Notes under the pieces: generated by a model
Seen by the model: only the letters and a program-made list of their open reading frames with translations
Told to the model about the DNA's origin: nothing
Databases searched by the model: none
In this document: piece after piece, positions 11,265-23,714 of the stretch
How positions within the stretch are numbered: position 1 is the first letter of the stretch
Layout of the letters: each line of letters opens with the position of its first letter
Source of the DNA: Nemertoderma westbladi
Taxonomy: Eukaryota > Animalia > Xenacoelomorpha
Length of the DNA stretch: 37,046 nucleotides
Reading direction: 5' to 3'
Assembly (NCBI GenBank): GCA_032718475.1
Contig: JAUCBJ010003838.1
Span: forward strand, 1-37,046
Program-made: the position numbers and the translations under genes

Positions 11265-12954
11265 TCAATTATAATTACGTTAGGTTCGTAAAGTCTATTG
11301 TGAAGTGTAATTGGTATTCTGTCATACTGTATGTAGCCTTACAATTTATAGTAATTTGAACTACATGTAGGTGTTTTATATATTTGTTTCTGAATGGTCG
11401 TTTATTTAAGCCTTGGGTCCTCTGTACATGTAACCAGTTTGTATGTGCATTGTACTGGCTTGACAGTGCATTTTAGGTTGTCAGTTAGTAGGGTTGGATT
11501 GTACTGCTGTAGGTAGAACTTTGTACATAATTTGATATCGAAACTCTGTAACATGTAAATAAAGTAACGATTTATATTTATGTACTATCTGAAGATGGCC
11601 CTAGTTATATTTGATTAAAGTTTAATCTGAAAAATAATTGATTTATTTAGTTTCATTTATACGATGATAAAATTACAGGAAATAATTGGAAAAACTTGCG
11701 CATTAGTTGCATGAAATCGAGTAGGTACTGCTCACCGTATTCCTGCAGCTGTGATTGGTCCATGTATGAAATCTTTCTTGAAGCAGTAAGGGAACGTCGG
11801 TGAACAAAAGCCATTGAGGAGGTTGATGGATTGGGGAGGTTGATGATCAACCTCCATTGAGGAGGTTGATTGGAGGAGGTTTTCTACCCATTAGGGGACA
11901 TGTGTGATGCTGTACCTTGAATACAAAGTGAGTTCCCTAGCACAATGAATTTGTTTACAATGGCCCACTCCTGCTCCTGCTCCGCTCTTTCTCCCAAGAG
12001 GAAACATACATACAAGGGAGCACGGGATGGGGGTCGAGGAAGCTTCCCATATAACTGGGTGAATTCCTTCATAAAAAGAAGAGAGGCTTATTTCCTCAAG
12101 AGGCAGGGATTTGTGCCTCCCATGAAAACCCCAGGACGTAATGATGTGATATACAAATCGTGGAAAAATAAAAAATCCGAGAGTCTACCCAAGAGGGAAC
12201 ACGAGGAAGCCTGCTTCCTTACCATAAAAGGTCTGTAAATGTGTATCAACCAATGAACATGAAGGAAAGGTAACAAGGATGAAAATGCAAGAATACGCTA
12301 TGCCTACCGCATGTAAATTAGTTTGGTTATTTTATTAGCCTATTCCTATTGCTATGTTTTTGAATATCGTTATTTATAGTTAAATTAGATTGGGTTTTGA
12401 ATCAGGTTATGTATCGGCTTGTATTTTAAGTTGGGTCTATTATTATAATTTTCATGGGGAACTACTTAGCAAAGTTCAGAAATAGGCCTTGCCGAAAATT
12501 TAAAGTAAAACTTTTTGATTCATATAGGTGAAGTCGAGAACCTTTGGGGCAAATATGGATGTAATCTGCAATCACATATACCAGGAATTGCAACAGTATG
12601 TATGGAAACAGTGGGTGGAATATCTTTGGACGGACAAAGTCTGCGGTTTCGTCTGATGATTACGGAACATCAGTTTCCCCAACCAGAGTCCACATCTGTA
12701 GCGTCAGACCTGTCGACCACCACTTTGTGATTAATAAGTTTATTCCACCCATGGCCATTCCTTATTTCGCCCCTCTAGCACTCGAACAACCTGTAGGGCC
12801 CCCTCCTGCTGCCCGAGGCAATTATTAGATACAAATACTTTTTAGATACAAAATTCTGGGTGTAAACGCGGTTGTTGGCGTAGCGTTTACACTCCAAAAT
12901 TCTTATTATTATATATTATTATTATATTTGTCTTGCACCATTGCAATTCCGACG

Positions 12955-13440
12955 GAAATGGAAGGAATAATCCAAATTCGTTGCGTTTCGCATACTCTTG
13001 CTATAGCTATGGATGACACAATTAATGCAGATAAGCCCACAGACCGAATATTGCCACTCACACATGTTACTGTGAAGAAGTTGGGGACAACTAATATATG
13101 GCGTCAAATAATTATAATTATCAGAGGTTACAAACAACCGATTGTAGATGTCGCAACTAGATGGGGTTTGGGTTATAAATACGATATGCCCAAGCGCTTT
13201 CTCGAACTAAAACAATTTCATATTGAATAAACAGAGCCCTGCATTTATATGAAATGTATTGGCTAAAAACCCTGTTCTACTTGGGGCTGTTTTCCTAGAT
13301 CCTCGCTATCAGGTGGTGTCAGAACAGTGTTGTATAGCACAAGCTAATTTCATAGATTTGTGGAAACACAGCCAGCTTTTTGGAGAAAGCCTTAAAATTA
13401 CCGAAAACTGAGACAGCATCAGGGGATATTGGTAATATAT
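12955..13440 (+). pseudogene. hAT-family transposase fragment, internally deleted
   Basis: IRCVSHTLAIAMDD (CxxH motif), VKKL, PIVDVATRWG..YDMPKRFLELKQF (TRWNSTYxML-like), then NPVLLGAVFLDPRY (LDPR motif) at about 13268-13310. Confidence 0.85.
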
Positions 13441-13695
13441 CTGCACAGGGTCTACAAATGTCATTTGTTCTGATGATGAGGATTACATTGATGCTATACT
13501 CTTGGCGAGAGACGTTTTGGGGGCGAGAAAGTTTAGGTCACAAGTGTGGCAATGGAAATAATTTTTAGTTAAACAGACAGTTAGATGAAGGTCATTATTG
13601 TAATTTATTATAATATTATAAAATTATTACATGGATACATCTTTTTTTATTATTATTATTATTATATTACGAGGGCCTTGTTTAGATATCCAGTT

Positions 13696-13833
13696 AATGA
13701 GTTATATTCAATATTATTATAGTTATAGTCATATTCAAAGGTTGTATGTGATTTGAAATGTTAAAATGAGTTATATTCAATATTATTATAGTTATAGTCA
13801 TATTCAAAGGTTGTATGTGATTTGAAATGTTAA
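13696..13833. repeat. Perfect 69-bp tandem duplication
   Basis: aatgagttatattcaatatt...gaaatgttaa occurs at 13696-13764 and 13765-13833. Confidence 0.95.
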
Positions 13834-13946
13834 GTCCCTGACCTGAACACCAAAATGTATTTATGAACCTAATTTTAAAGAAAAGACACTGGTATGATAC
13901 AGAGAACAAATAACTTGTAAATTTGGGAATATAAATTTGTGAGATC

Positions 13947-14357
13947 TATATGTCGCATGGCAATAAAAAAACGGCGCTAACTCAAGTTTTTGAAAAAAAT
14001 GAGTTATTTATACCACCAGATAGCTGATAAAATTTGCCATCAATTGGTACTATTTGGAATTTTGATTGTATATCAATTTCAATACTTTTAGCCTGTGTAA
14101 TAAATTTAATTTAATTACATTTATTATTCTGAATAGGAATTCCAACAACTGAGATAGCTCCTTTTAAATGGAACCGTTTAAAAGGAGCTAACTCAAATTC
14201 ATTACTCAAATTCTGATGGTTCTTTAAACCTTCAAATTCTTTAAATGGTTGATTTTAAAGTTGCGATTTAGTGTGATGGCATTGGCTGGAATAAATGCAT
14301 TTTTCTCAGTTTGATAAAAACCCGAGTTAGCACCTTTTTATTGCCATACGATGTATA
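13947..14357. mobile_element. MITE with ~45-bp TIRs in a TATA context and an internal palindrome
   Basis: Left end tatatgtcgcatggcaataaaaaaacggcgctaactcaagttttt versus reverse complement of right end tatacatcgtatggcaataaaaaggtgctaactcgggttttt. Internal hairpin at 14151-14194. Confidence 0.85.
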
Positions 14358-14637
14358 GTAGAATAAAATTGTTTACGTTTTGACATTTAGAAATTACGTT
14401 TTATCTCCATTATCTCGAATTATGAGTAAGTTTAAATTCAAATTGTAACTCAAGCTCAAGCTATACCACTATCTACACCCTATATTTTAAATATGCACTT
14501 CCTTGCCATTAGGATATTATAAAACAGGAGTACCTCAACTAATTCCTCATCAATATCATCCACCAGTATTAATCTAGTTTAAATATGTCTGATTCTGAAG
14601 TACAGGAGATGAACCTACTTTTAGTAAACTGGAATCT

Positions 14638-14964
14638 ATGATTCCTAAAGCTACAACAAATTATACAATCGTAAATAGTAATATAAGTTGTAGACCAAAA
14701 GTAAAACATCTAATTAATTTAAACAAACTTAACTAACTGAAAGGTATTCTGCATCAGAAACCAATTAAATTTATATTTAAAAAGTATGACTGTACTGTTT
14801 ATTTATTTGCTAGTGGAAAAGTAACAATATTAGGCAGTTGTAAACACATTGATGAGGTATAAAACTATATCAAATTAAAAACTAAAATTGAATTAGAGGT
14901 ATACTGTATCAATTCTCATACATATGTATTCAATTATAAAATAAATTTTACAAATATTTTGTAA
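14638..14964 (+). pseudogene. Decayed TBP-like (TATA-binding protein fold) ORF
   Basis: One frame reads MIPKATTNYTIVNSNISCRPKVKHLINLNKLN*LKGILHQKPIKFIFKKYDCTVYLFASGKVTILGSCKHIDEV*...INSHTYVFNYKINFTNIL. The INL..L and T..LF.SGK..I.G pattern resembles a TBP repeat. Two in-frame TAA stops. Confidence 0.45.
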
Positions 14965-15134
14965 TATATTAGTGCATTTTGATAAAACATTTTGTGTATT
15001 TGCAAATGGCACCTGTATGTATATGGACACAAAACATAGCAAGGACGCCATTTTCACTTAAAAGGCACTGGCGTCCTTTAACAGTTAACATACAAAATTG
15101 TTGGTACAGCTACCATGTTTACGTTTACATTTGT

Positions 15135-15450
15135 AGGGAGATCATTGATGTTAAAATTGGACCTCAAACATATATGGCCAGTTTTGACATTAAGTTGATG
15201 ATACCGGTTGATCATACCGGTTGATGAAACAATATTTATTTTACTCAATCAATTATTTGAGGGAAAGGATACTGTAGATGGTCTAAGTAGGAGACAATAC
15301 AAAAAACTTATTGATTTTGTTGCTCAGAACACTGAGTTTTTATTTCATCAAAACAAATATATATATCCAAATAAATGGTGTATCCATGGGTAGCCCTATT
15401 GCATTGGCCCAACATTCGCTAAATCATTTCTAAAATTTTATGAAAAACGA
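15135..15450 (+). mobile_element. Degraded Penelope-like reverse transcriptase fragment
   Basis: YMASFDIK..IPVDETIFILLNQLF...NTEFLFHQ..Y / QINGVSMGSPI match PLE RT motifs A and B, with frameshifts. Confidence 0.75.
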
Positions 15451-15718
15451 TAGCTCTGGCAACTCCTAATCCAGGTACCACTCTCTCATGCCCCAATTGA
15501 CCACCTCTAGCCGAATTATCTTCAGTATATAAATAATATAATATAATAACTGCTAATAATACGTAAAATCCCTTGTTTATTTTATTAAATAATTTTAAAG
15601 TATATTTTTAAAATCAAATGATTTTACTAAACAGTAAAGCCACTTACGAAGCAATTTACCCTGATTAGATTATATATTTTAATAAAAATATTTTTAGATG
15701 GTGCAGATTGAAGTAATT

Positions 15719-17754
15719 GCTGAGTTACAGGAGAACTCATCAGATGTGGAATTCTCTCCTGAATGAAAGAGATTATTTCAACAGTATTACACGTGACGAG
15801 GCCATTAACTACAACGGATACCAGTAAATATAGCAACTATAAAACAGTGAAAGTAGCCGGAGCAAAAAGAATGCTGAAGGAACCGATATATGATTGTATG
15901 TTCGTTATCTGGGATTTAGCAGAGGCGAGATGCTTATCATCTTTACTGATAATCCGCGAGAATCATCTAAACTTCTCAAGTTTAATGATTTTAGTATCGG
16001 ATCTGTAGTCACTATAAAGGAACCCCTGATTGACGGGTTCCTTGGCAACAACTTGGACAACCCTGTGGTCATTACTTTTTACCCGCTCCTTTCCCCCACC
16101 ACACCCATGGCCGCGATTCCTCCCTTTCAATTATCTTTGTAAGGAAAAGTCGGTTTCCAACAGTATCGATTGACCAATTTAAATTTAATGTTACTGTGTT
16201 AATGTATGATGGTTGGCTCTGTGATAGAAGGGAGGAGATTGGACCCGCCAATCAGTGCGTGGGTGTAACGAAACCACAGGAACATGGATGGGCTTTGTCG
16301 GTGAGGATGTGGTGTACGAATAACGACATCATAGACTTTGGGACATCTTATGTAAGTTGGAAACTTACGAAGTTATTTGTATCGTCCCAGTCTCTGAATC
16401 TTCCGCTGTCCCTAATCGATGAAGATGGATTAAGGCAATCCATCTGCAGCATTTCTGTGGCTGTCAATAACAGTGGTGGTTGGACTGTAACAGGCTGGTA
16501 CAATGTGCAATATCTAAGGAGGATGGAGGCAAACTCAACCACAATCGACAGCATCTAATCCCATGATGGAAAAACGTGAAGGTGGTGGGGATGGTCTCAC
16601 TGATTGGAGTCCGTTTGAAGGGGATGAAGAAGCCCTTCAATGCGACACCATGCGTGAGCTCCATATTCCAGATATTGATCTGGAGGAGGTAGGTGATGTT
16701 GATATGGTTGAAGGGGTGGAAGGGGTTGATCATGTAGAGGCAATAGAGATGGACAGTGATTCTCTCATTGAGAACAAGGAGGTTTGTGAGAATTGTAAGC
16801 CTATTAAAACTCCAGAACACCCTCTGGAGTTACCCATGTCCAGGAAAACTGTAAGTCGGGAATATGGATTCCTTTGTTATGATATTGAGAAGACTATGTA
16901 CTCTGTAAAGAGTGCTCCATCTATTTGTCATCAGGTAGTGGTCATTCTCATGTGATGTCATATTCCTTTGGCTGGCCTTCTTTGATATACATTATACTTT
17001 ACATTAATATTTATATTGATTTATATTGATATACATTTGACTTATATATGTCTAGCAAATAAGATCCCAGGTTTTTTTAGGTAATCCTATTAACCTTCTT
17101 GATCTACTAGCTGATGAGTTTCGAGACAGCTGGAGGGAGGTCATTAACGAATTTCATCTTCATCCTATGAAGACAGTAGTTAAAGACTTTACGAAGGTTA
17201 TCCGTGAGTACCAAGAGAATATGGAGAATATGGACTTGGCGACATTTATCAAATTAATGGATAAAGGTTGCATTCCAAGTGTGGCATGTGGTTTGGGATG
17301 TGTACAGTAGATTAAGGATTGTAAACCAATTCCCTTCCATCATTTCTTGGCAAGACGTTTCCCCATTAAAAAATCCTTTAGAGCAAAGCCTGATCTAGTA
17401 CGGTCCTTCGGGAATGATTGGCCATATACGTTCATGCAACTCGACAGGGAAGCAATGGCAGGTATGGCAGTTACTGCTGAAGGATTATGTATCCTTGTAT
17501 GCAAGAAACATAAGTCGACGAACAAGTTTGTCTTCCACCTGCCAAACAATCCTGCATTTGATGACCCTATGATCTACACACACACGTTTGCCATGACCAC
17601 TATCTCACCACATATTGTGCGTGGGCCAATTGATAATGTGTACAGCAACAGTTTCCATACTGTAAAGGCTGAGGTCCATTATAATGGGTTGTCGTCATGC
17701 TATGTCGACCTTGAACCAATGTTCAAATATCTTCCACAAGTGTGGGGGCTCTGA
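15719..17754 (+). repeat. Copy 2 (more complete) of the ~2-kb degraded two-gene element
   Basis: Matches 9275-11264 up to 17687, and its reading frame continues (GLSSCYVDLEPMF) beyond the point where copy 1 ends. Confidence 0.9.
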
Positions 17755-18109
17755 GCTCTTGTGTGTCGTGTGACTGTGGGTTGCTGCTGTGGGGGATCTC
17801 TCTGATTGTTCCGATTGTGTTGTATCTATATATTCTAAATGCTCTGCTTTTATTATTACTAGATTAGAATGGTAAAAAAAATAAATAAATAGTTGGTTTT
17901 CAAATTATTATATGTACTGTACATATTATAATATCATCTTTGTATAAAATAATCTTTCTATAATAATCTAATCTAAACAATTTTTCAGATTATGACTTAG
18001 CTATGACTTAGCACTAACACCATTAGAGCATGCACCATACCTGGAATATAGTGTATTTATTTAGTCCGGTACTAGAACCAGATCCTTAAATAAAAAGAAA
18101 ATTAACGGC

Positions 18110-18530
18110 GGCACCTGTGATTGACGTGATCATAGATAATAACCTGCATAACCCCATGGTCATTACTTTTTATCCCCTCCTCCCTGCCACACGCAAAGCA
18201 TAGCTGCAACTTCCATATCACTTCCCACTTCCACTTATCTTGGGGAGGAAAAGTTGGTTTTCAGCATTTTTCTTGAGGAATTTAATTTTTAATTTATGGT
18301 ATGTCACCAACATGTTGCTTTTGGCTCTGTGACATGGGAGGAGATGGGACCTGTCAGTCAGTGCATCTGCATTACAAAACTGCAGGAATGTGGATGAGCG
18401 TTGTTGGTGAGGGTGCAGTACACAAATAACAACATAATTGATTTTGGGAAATTCTAAGTTGGAGACTTTCTTATCTTGGAGAGATTAATGTTGGAGACTA
18501 TTTATTCTCCATCGCTCAATCTGCCTTTGT
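18110..18530 (+). repeat. Third, older diverged partial copy of the same element
   Basis: tggtcattactttttatcccctcc, ggaaaagttggtttt, tggctctgtga..gggaggagatgggacc and caggaatgtggatgagc align with about 9575-9985. Confidence 0.85.
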
Positions 18531-18922
18531 TTTATTTATGGTATATACGATATAAAATTTGGACCTCAGCAAATAAATTCATACCAGCTAAATGCCAGCG
18601 AAAAATCGTCTCAAATTACCCAAAAATGTGTCTTATGTAGAGTCAAAATAGTTGGTCATTAGCCAAATTTCAACCTGCAATACAAGCCGGCACTTTTTGG
18701 GCTATCCAATGCTGTTGAAAATCTTGCTAAAATAAACATGTTGCCACTTTACTCCTCGGTATTACTCATGAAAAGTTGTTCAATTGGGAGTGGCCAACTA
18801 CAATACATTGCTGGGCAAACATTAATTACATGATCAGCAACCCAGAAGGAATTTATTTTAGATTACTCTACTGAGCCGTTCTGCTGAATGAAATTGAGCA
18901 ATTATCTAGGTTGAGTTACAAG

Positions 18923-18958
18923 CTACTACTACAATCGTCATGCTGCATTGCAGCTGCA
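18923..18958 (-). mobile_element. Very short 3'-end copy of the RTE family at 7035-7555
   Basis: Reverse complement tgcagctgcaatgcagcatgacgattgtagtagtag matches 7513-7548 tgcagctgcaatgcagcatgccgatcctagtagtag. Confidence 0.8.
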
Positions 18959-21081
18959 GTATAGTTACAGCAAGCAACCATAAGGTGGTTTGGGGGGGAG
19001 GGGGTAATAGAAGGAATGCTGATGGTGGGGGAAGTATTTTTTTGCCAACAGTCTTAGCTCTAGAAAAGATAGTTGATATTATTTTTTCATATATGTAATC
19101 AGCTTTACGTGTTTACTTTTAACTTTTCATAGCATTTTATATACTTTTTTTTATATATACAGTACCTAATCAATTTATGTTTTACTTGCCCTTGTTTATA
19201 TCATGTTTAACTTGCCATCATTACCTTTGTGCTTTGATTTTTACCAAATTCCCATGAACAGTATTTATATCTGGACCATTGCTAGACAATACATAAACTT
19301 GGGTTAGTAAGTGCATGAATTGTCCCAATATGCCTCAGGTATCCAAGCCAAGAATTGATTTAATACTTAAATTGTTAAAACAATCAGTATAATAACTTCC
19401 ACATCATATTCAGTTAATAGGGACAATGTTACTTCTCTGTATGAGTCTCAAGAGCCACATGAATGAATGTCATTAACTCTGTTGTACTCTGTTAACTCCG
19501 GTACATGTTACTTAAATGTTTACATGTTTTCACTTAAATAACCAAATTTGCTAAATCAGGCACTTCACTGCACTAAAACAAATGAAATGTGCTAATGTAG
19601 GACAGGACCTACTTTGCTGTATTGCTATCCATCTTGCTTCACCCCACATCGTCCCATAACCCTGGATGGCCTGGACCTCTTGAACGCGAAAGGTGCATGG
19701 CATAAATTAAGTGTAAGACGAACAATATTACGCAATAATTTAGTATGTGCAAATCTTAAATTGTTACCTAGCTTCTGCGAATAAAACTTGTATTAGTAAT
19801 GAGGCTAATTTATTTGCTTCAGGTTTTATAATCTTACAATCAACTTCTGCAACAGGGGGTTAGTGAACAGTAGTCCTATTGAAAATAATGACTGGGTGTG
19901 TAATGTGCCTATAACTAAACCATATTTGACTTATTTAAGGGAGTACCGGTAATAGAATATTTGGGCCAAAACACCTGACAAGCAAATATTATATTTCACT
20001 CATTGGGCCGAAACGTCTTCGTCCAAAACGTCTGTTAACTAACAGCTTGTATCTAAAATAAAACATAACGATAAGAGATTATTACTCACTAACTGATTAA
20101 AAAAATATATATGTATAATATAAATAAAGCAAGCTGGATATCCCATGGGAATAGCAATAAAAATTGCAAACAATAGACAGACGGTATGTCAGCTACTCCT
20201 ACTATAGGCCTACTAATATATTAACAGTACACCTACACCCTACACTATATAAATTAAAAGCTCCCTTCAGCCCTTGTAACAGTGATAATGTTTGAACTTC
20301 TTAGACACACAGCACACATATTCATGCATAAAACAATTTCAAAATATTACATAGCACAATAAAATATATAAATAAAGTGGCCTGGTTATGGCCTAAGGGA
20401 TGGGGAGTCCTTTTGTATATAAAACTATCTCAGTATCTGCAGATCTAAGCTGATTACAGTTTCAGGCTAATATCTGAATATTGCCTGTGTAACAACACTG
20501 AAGTACTGCAACCCAGAGAAACAAATTGAATAGTAGCCAATGGCAGATTGGCTTTTGGATGTTTCATCCATCATTTAAGTGGAGTGTAGGCAGGGTGGCA
20601 TATTGTATTTGGAAGAGCCTACAACAACCAATATAACTATAATTAGAACCACACCTAGTGGATCACCATGTTGATTGGGTAGAATGGCCTAATATTACAT
20701 ACACATCAACCCAAGTAGTCTTTGCCTCAGCTTTCATTTTGTTATTGAATAATTTATTTTATGGAGGTTTGTTTGTGCAGCAAGTTGGAGGCAGAGGGAA
20801 TGTAGTGTCTAACTCTAATATCAAGATTGCTAGAGCTGATAAGATAGGATGTAGGTTGAGTGGTCTAAGAGATCACAGAGAGGGAGTGAGAAAGTAGGAG
20901 GTGGGTGTGGGGGAATATTATTTTTATATATAATAAATTGATGTGGCAAGTTGCAAAGAGGGGGGGGGGGGGTAGAGTGGGTAAGAGTTAGATACTTCAG
21001 GGGTGGGGGGGGGGGGGGTAAACGCTATCGTAACATAATAAATAATAATAATAATTGAGGCACAATAATTGAGATTAATGA

Positions 21082-23370
21082 TTGCACCAGGGTGCCCAGT
21101 GTTACAATTTTAACGTGCGATACGACCCATGCGTTCCTCACCCACCCACCCATCAACACGCAACCCCTATCACTGGTACCCCCTCTACCCGCACCCGCTC
21201 CAAAACCAAAGCTATCGCAGCCATTCACCCCCCGAACCTAGCCAGCATACCCGAAAGGGCACCTGATTCTACCCCCGATACCCACAACCCACACCCGCCC
21301 ACTCCCGCCACCCCGAATGACCCCACAGCCCAAACACTCCCCCCACCCCACCCACCAGACCCCCCCTTCCAACGCCGCGCAAGATACATCGCTGCCCGAA
21401 CTGACAACCCTTCCATCGAAGTAATAATCCACGAGATGCACCGCAACATCAATACTACTAACCTCAAACGATTCAACCAACTAAACCCACCCAACCTCGA
21501 CCGGCTACAACTACAAGCCTTGGATACATTGCGCAAACTCAAAGGTGTCACCTACGTAAAAGGTGATAAAACGGCTAACATCATTGTGTTAGATTCTCCG
21601 GACAGGGACTATGAAATACGGCGCCTCATCAATGATCCCACCACGTACGAATGTTTAAACAAGGACCCCACTGCCCGATTCAGGGTCAAATGCCGCGCGC
21701 TTCTCGACAAACTTGCTCTCACTAACTCAGACCTCAGAACGCACCTATTCCCCAACACGTTTACTGTCGGACATATCTTTATTACATTAAAAGACCACAA
21801 ACCGAAAGAAAACTGGGTCACCCATCCGAACGGAAAACTAATCCCCAAAGGCTGCCCTATTATCGCCAACACAGATGCTTTCTTCACCCCACTCTCTAAA
21901 CTCATGCACCACTACCTCAGCCCACTCGTTACTAACGCCGCCAACCACCTACAAAGCTCTCTTCAGTTAAAACCGAACCTACCGACCAATATAGGACACA
22001 CCGGATGTACGCTTGTCGCTGTAGACGTCATCGATATGTTTACGGCTATCCCCCACGAAATTGGGATACAAGCAACTATGGAGGCACTCACAGAGGATCC
22101 ATCACTACCTTACCGATCCATATACACACCCCATCAACTATGCCTCATACTCCGCTTTTTACTGTATCATAACTACTTCCAATTTGACCAAAAATTCTAT
22201 TTACAGATTGCCGGGGCACCCATGGGCGGCTCCCACAGTGGAGACTACGCCGTATTAACCACATCCAAAATCATCCATAGGGCTCTGAACGTTACACTAT
22301 TCTCACACACATTCTTCCGTACTCTAGTCGACGACAGTTTACTCATTTACGACCAACACCTTACCCCCCAGCAGATCGACACCCTCACTCACAACCTTAA
22401 CACAGCATGCGAACAATTATACCACACCAACGATGTACAATTTACGACTGAATTCTCCTACACCCAAATGAACTACCTAGACGTCACAATATACCGCCAC
22501 CACAACTCTCTCCTAACTAAACTTTATAAAAAACTGACATCCAATAAACTCCCAATCCTGTACTCTAGTTACCACCATAAGCCATCACTCTTAGCTGTTG
22601 TTAAATCCGAAATACTTAGATACCGACGCCTCACTGATAATGACCACCAGTTCAATCTAGCCCGACACTCCTATCTGGAACTATGCAAACTCAGAGGTTA
22701 TCCACTCAACTTCCTCCTGCAACTCTACGCCTGGAAACCTGAACCCCGGCTACCATGCAACCCCCCCACCGTCATCCCCCAAACACTCCCCCCAATCTAC
22801 CTTGCGACCACGCCCCATTTCTTAAACATCCTTACTAATACCATTAAGCGACACAAAAAATTTCTAAACGACAACCAGATTTGCATTATACCAGTTCCCC
22901 GCAATCTGCCCAACCTCGGTCAGATGCTCATCCGCAAAACAGTACCCCACCGCACCACCGGCAATGAACCCTGCCGCAAACCCCGATGCCTTTGCTGCAA
23001 AGCAATTGCCAACCCCTCCACCACCCCATGGGGCCAACGGATCACAGGCCCTTTCGACTGTAAAACACACAACGTACTTTACATGATCACATGTAAATCC
23101 CACCCCAAACAATGGTACCTGGGACAGACTGAACAATACATACACAAACGGCTGAACACGCACCGATCCGCCATAAGAGACGCACGAAAAGGGCTCGACA
23201 CCTCTGACCCAGAAGTTCTCCTACTGCAACACTTCGTAGACTGCCCCCTCGATGACCTTAACATCACCTGCATTAAACAGTTCCGCAACCATTACCGACG
23301 TATCAACACCGAGTCCGTCCTCATCAATCTCCACCACCCTCCCCTCAACAAAATCACACCGGCCATGTGA
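21082..23370 (+). mobile_element. Penelope-like retroelement ORF (RT + Cys linker + GIY-YIG endonuclease), Neptune-like
   Basis: 762 codons without a stop. KGDK, LKDHK, VAVDVIDMFTAIPH, NYFQF..KFYLQ..GAPMG, LVDD, YLDVTI, LYKK, linker PCRKPRCLCC...FDC, and GIY-YIG NVLYMITC...YLGQT...RLNTHRS...HF...E...LN. First ATG is at 21436, so it is probably 5'-truncated. Confidence 0.95.
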
Positions 23371-23423
23371 CTCGATCCTAGTTTGAACATTTGTTTTTAT
23401 GGTGTTATGTTTTATAATTAATT

Positions 23424-23714
23424 AAATTTTGCTCCAATATTAAGGAACCCCTGAAATTCCTACCAGAGACCCTAAACCATTTTGGTGCATCTGCTGTATA
23501 TACAGTACATAGTTTAATTATCTTACAAAATCATTTACAGTTTTACGGTGCTATTTTTAATATTTAATGAAATTTTGCTGCAATAATTAATTCATATCCC
23601 CGCAAGTTCCTACCAGAGACCCCTAACCACTTTGGTGCATCTGCCGTATACATAGTACATAGCTTAATTATCTCACAAAATCATTTACAGTTTTACGGTG
23701 CTATTTTTAATATT
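23424..23714. repeat. Imperfect tandem duplication, ~150-bp period
   Basis: ttcctaccagagaccc...ttttacggtgctatttttaatatt occurs at about 23457-23564 and 23607-23714. Confidence 0.9.

Noticed and set aside
11650-12830. Short ORFs on both strands as genes
   Set aside because: GC-richer and possibly decayed coding sequence, but no recognisable motif or consistent frame.
19962-20034. gggccgaaacgtc as a hammerhead end
   Set aside because: It is one of three short imperfect direct repeats, with no properly placed CUGANGA; more likely transposon subterminal repeats.
20555-20592. Minus-strand hammerhead-like remnant (gatgtttc atcca..tgga) near the Penelope element
   Set aside because: The GAAAC side and a short stem are present but the CUGANGA core is missing.
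21025-23288. Minus-strand and alternative-frame ORFs overlapping the Penelope ORF
   Set aside because: Shadow ORFs caused by compositional skew.
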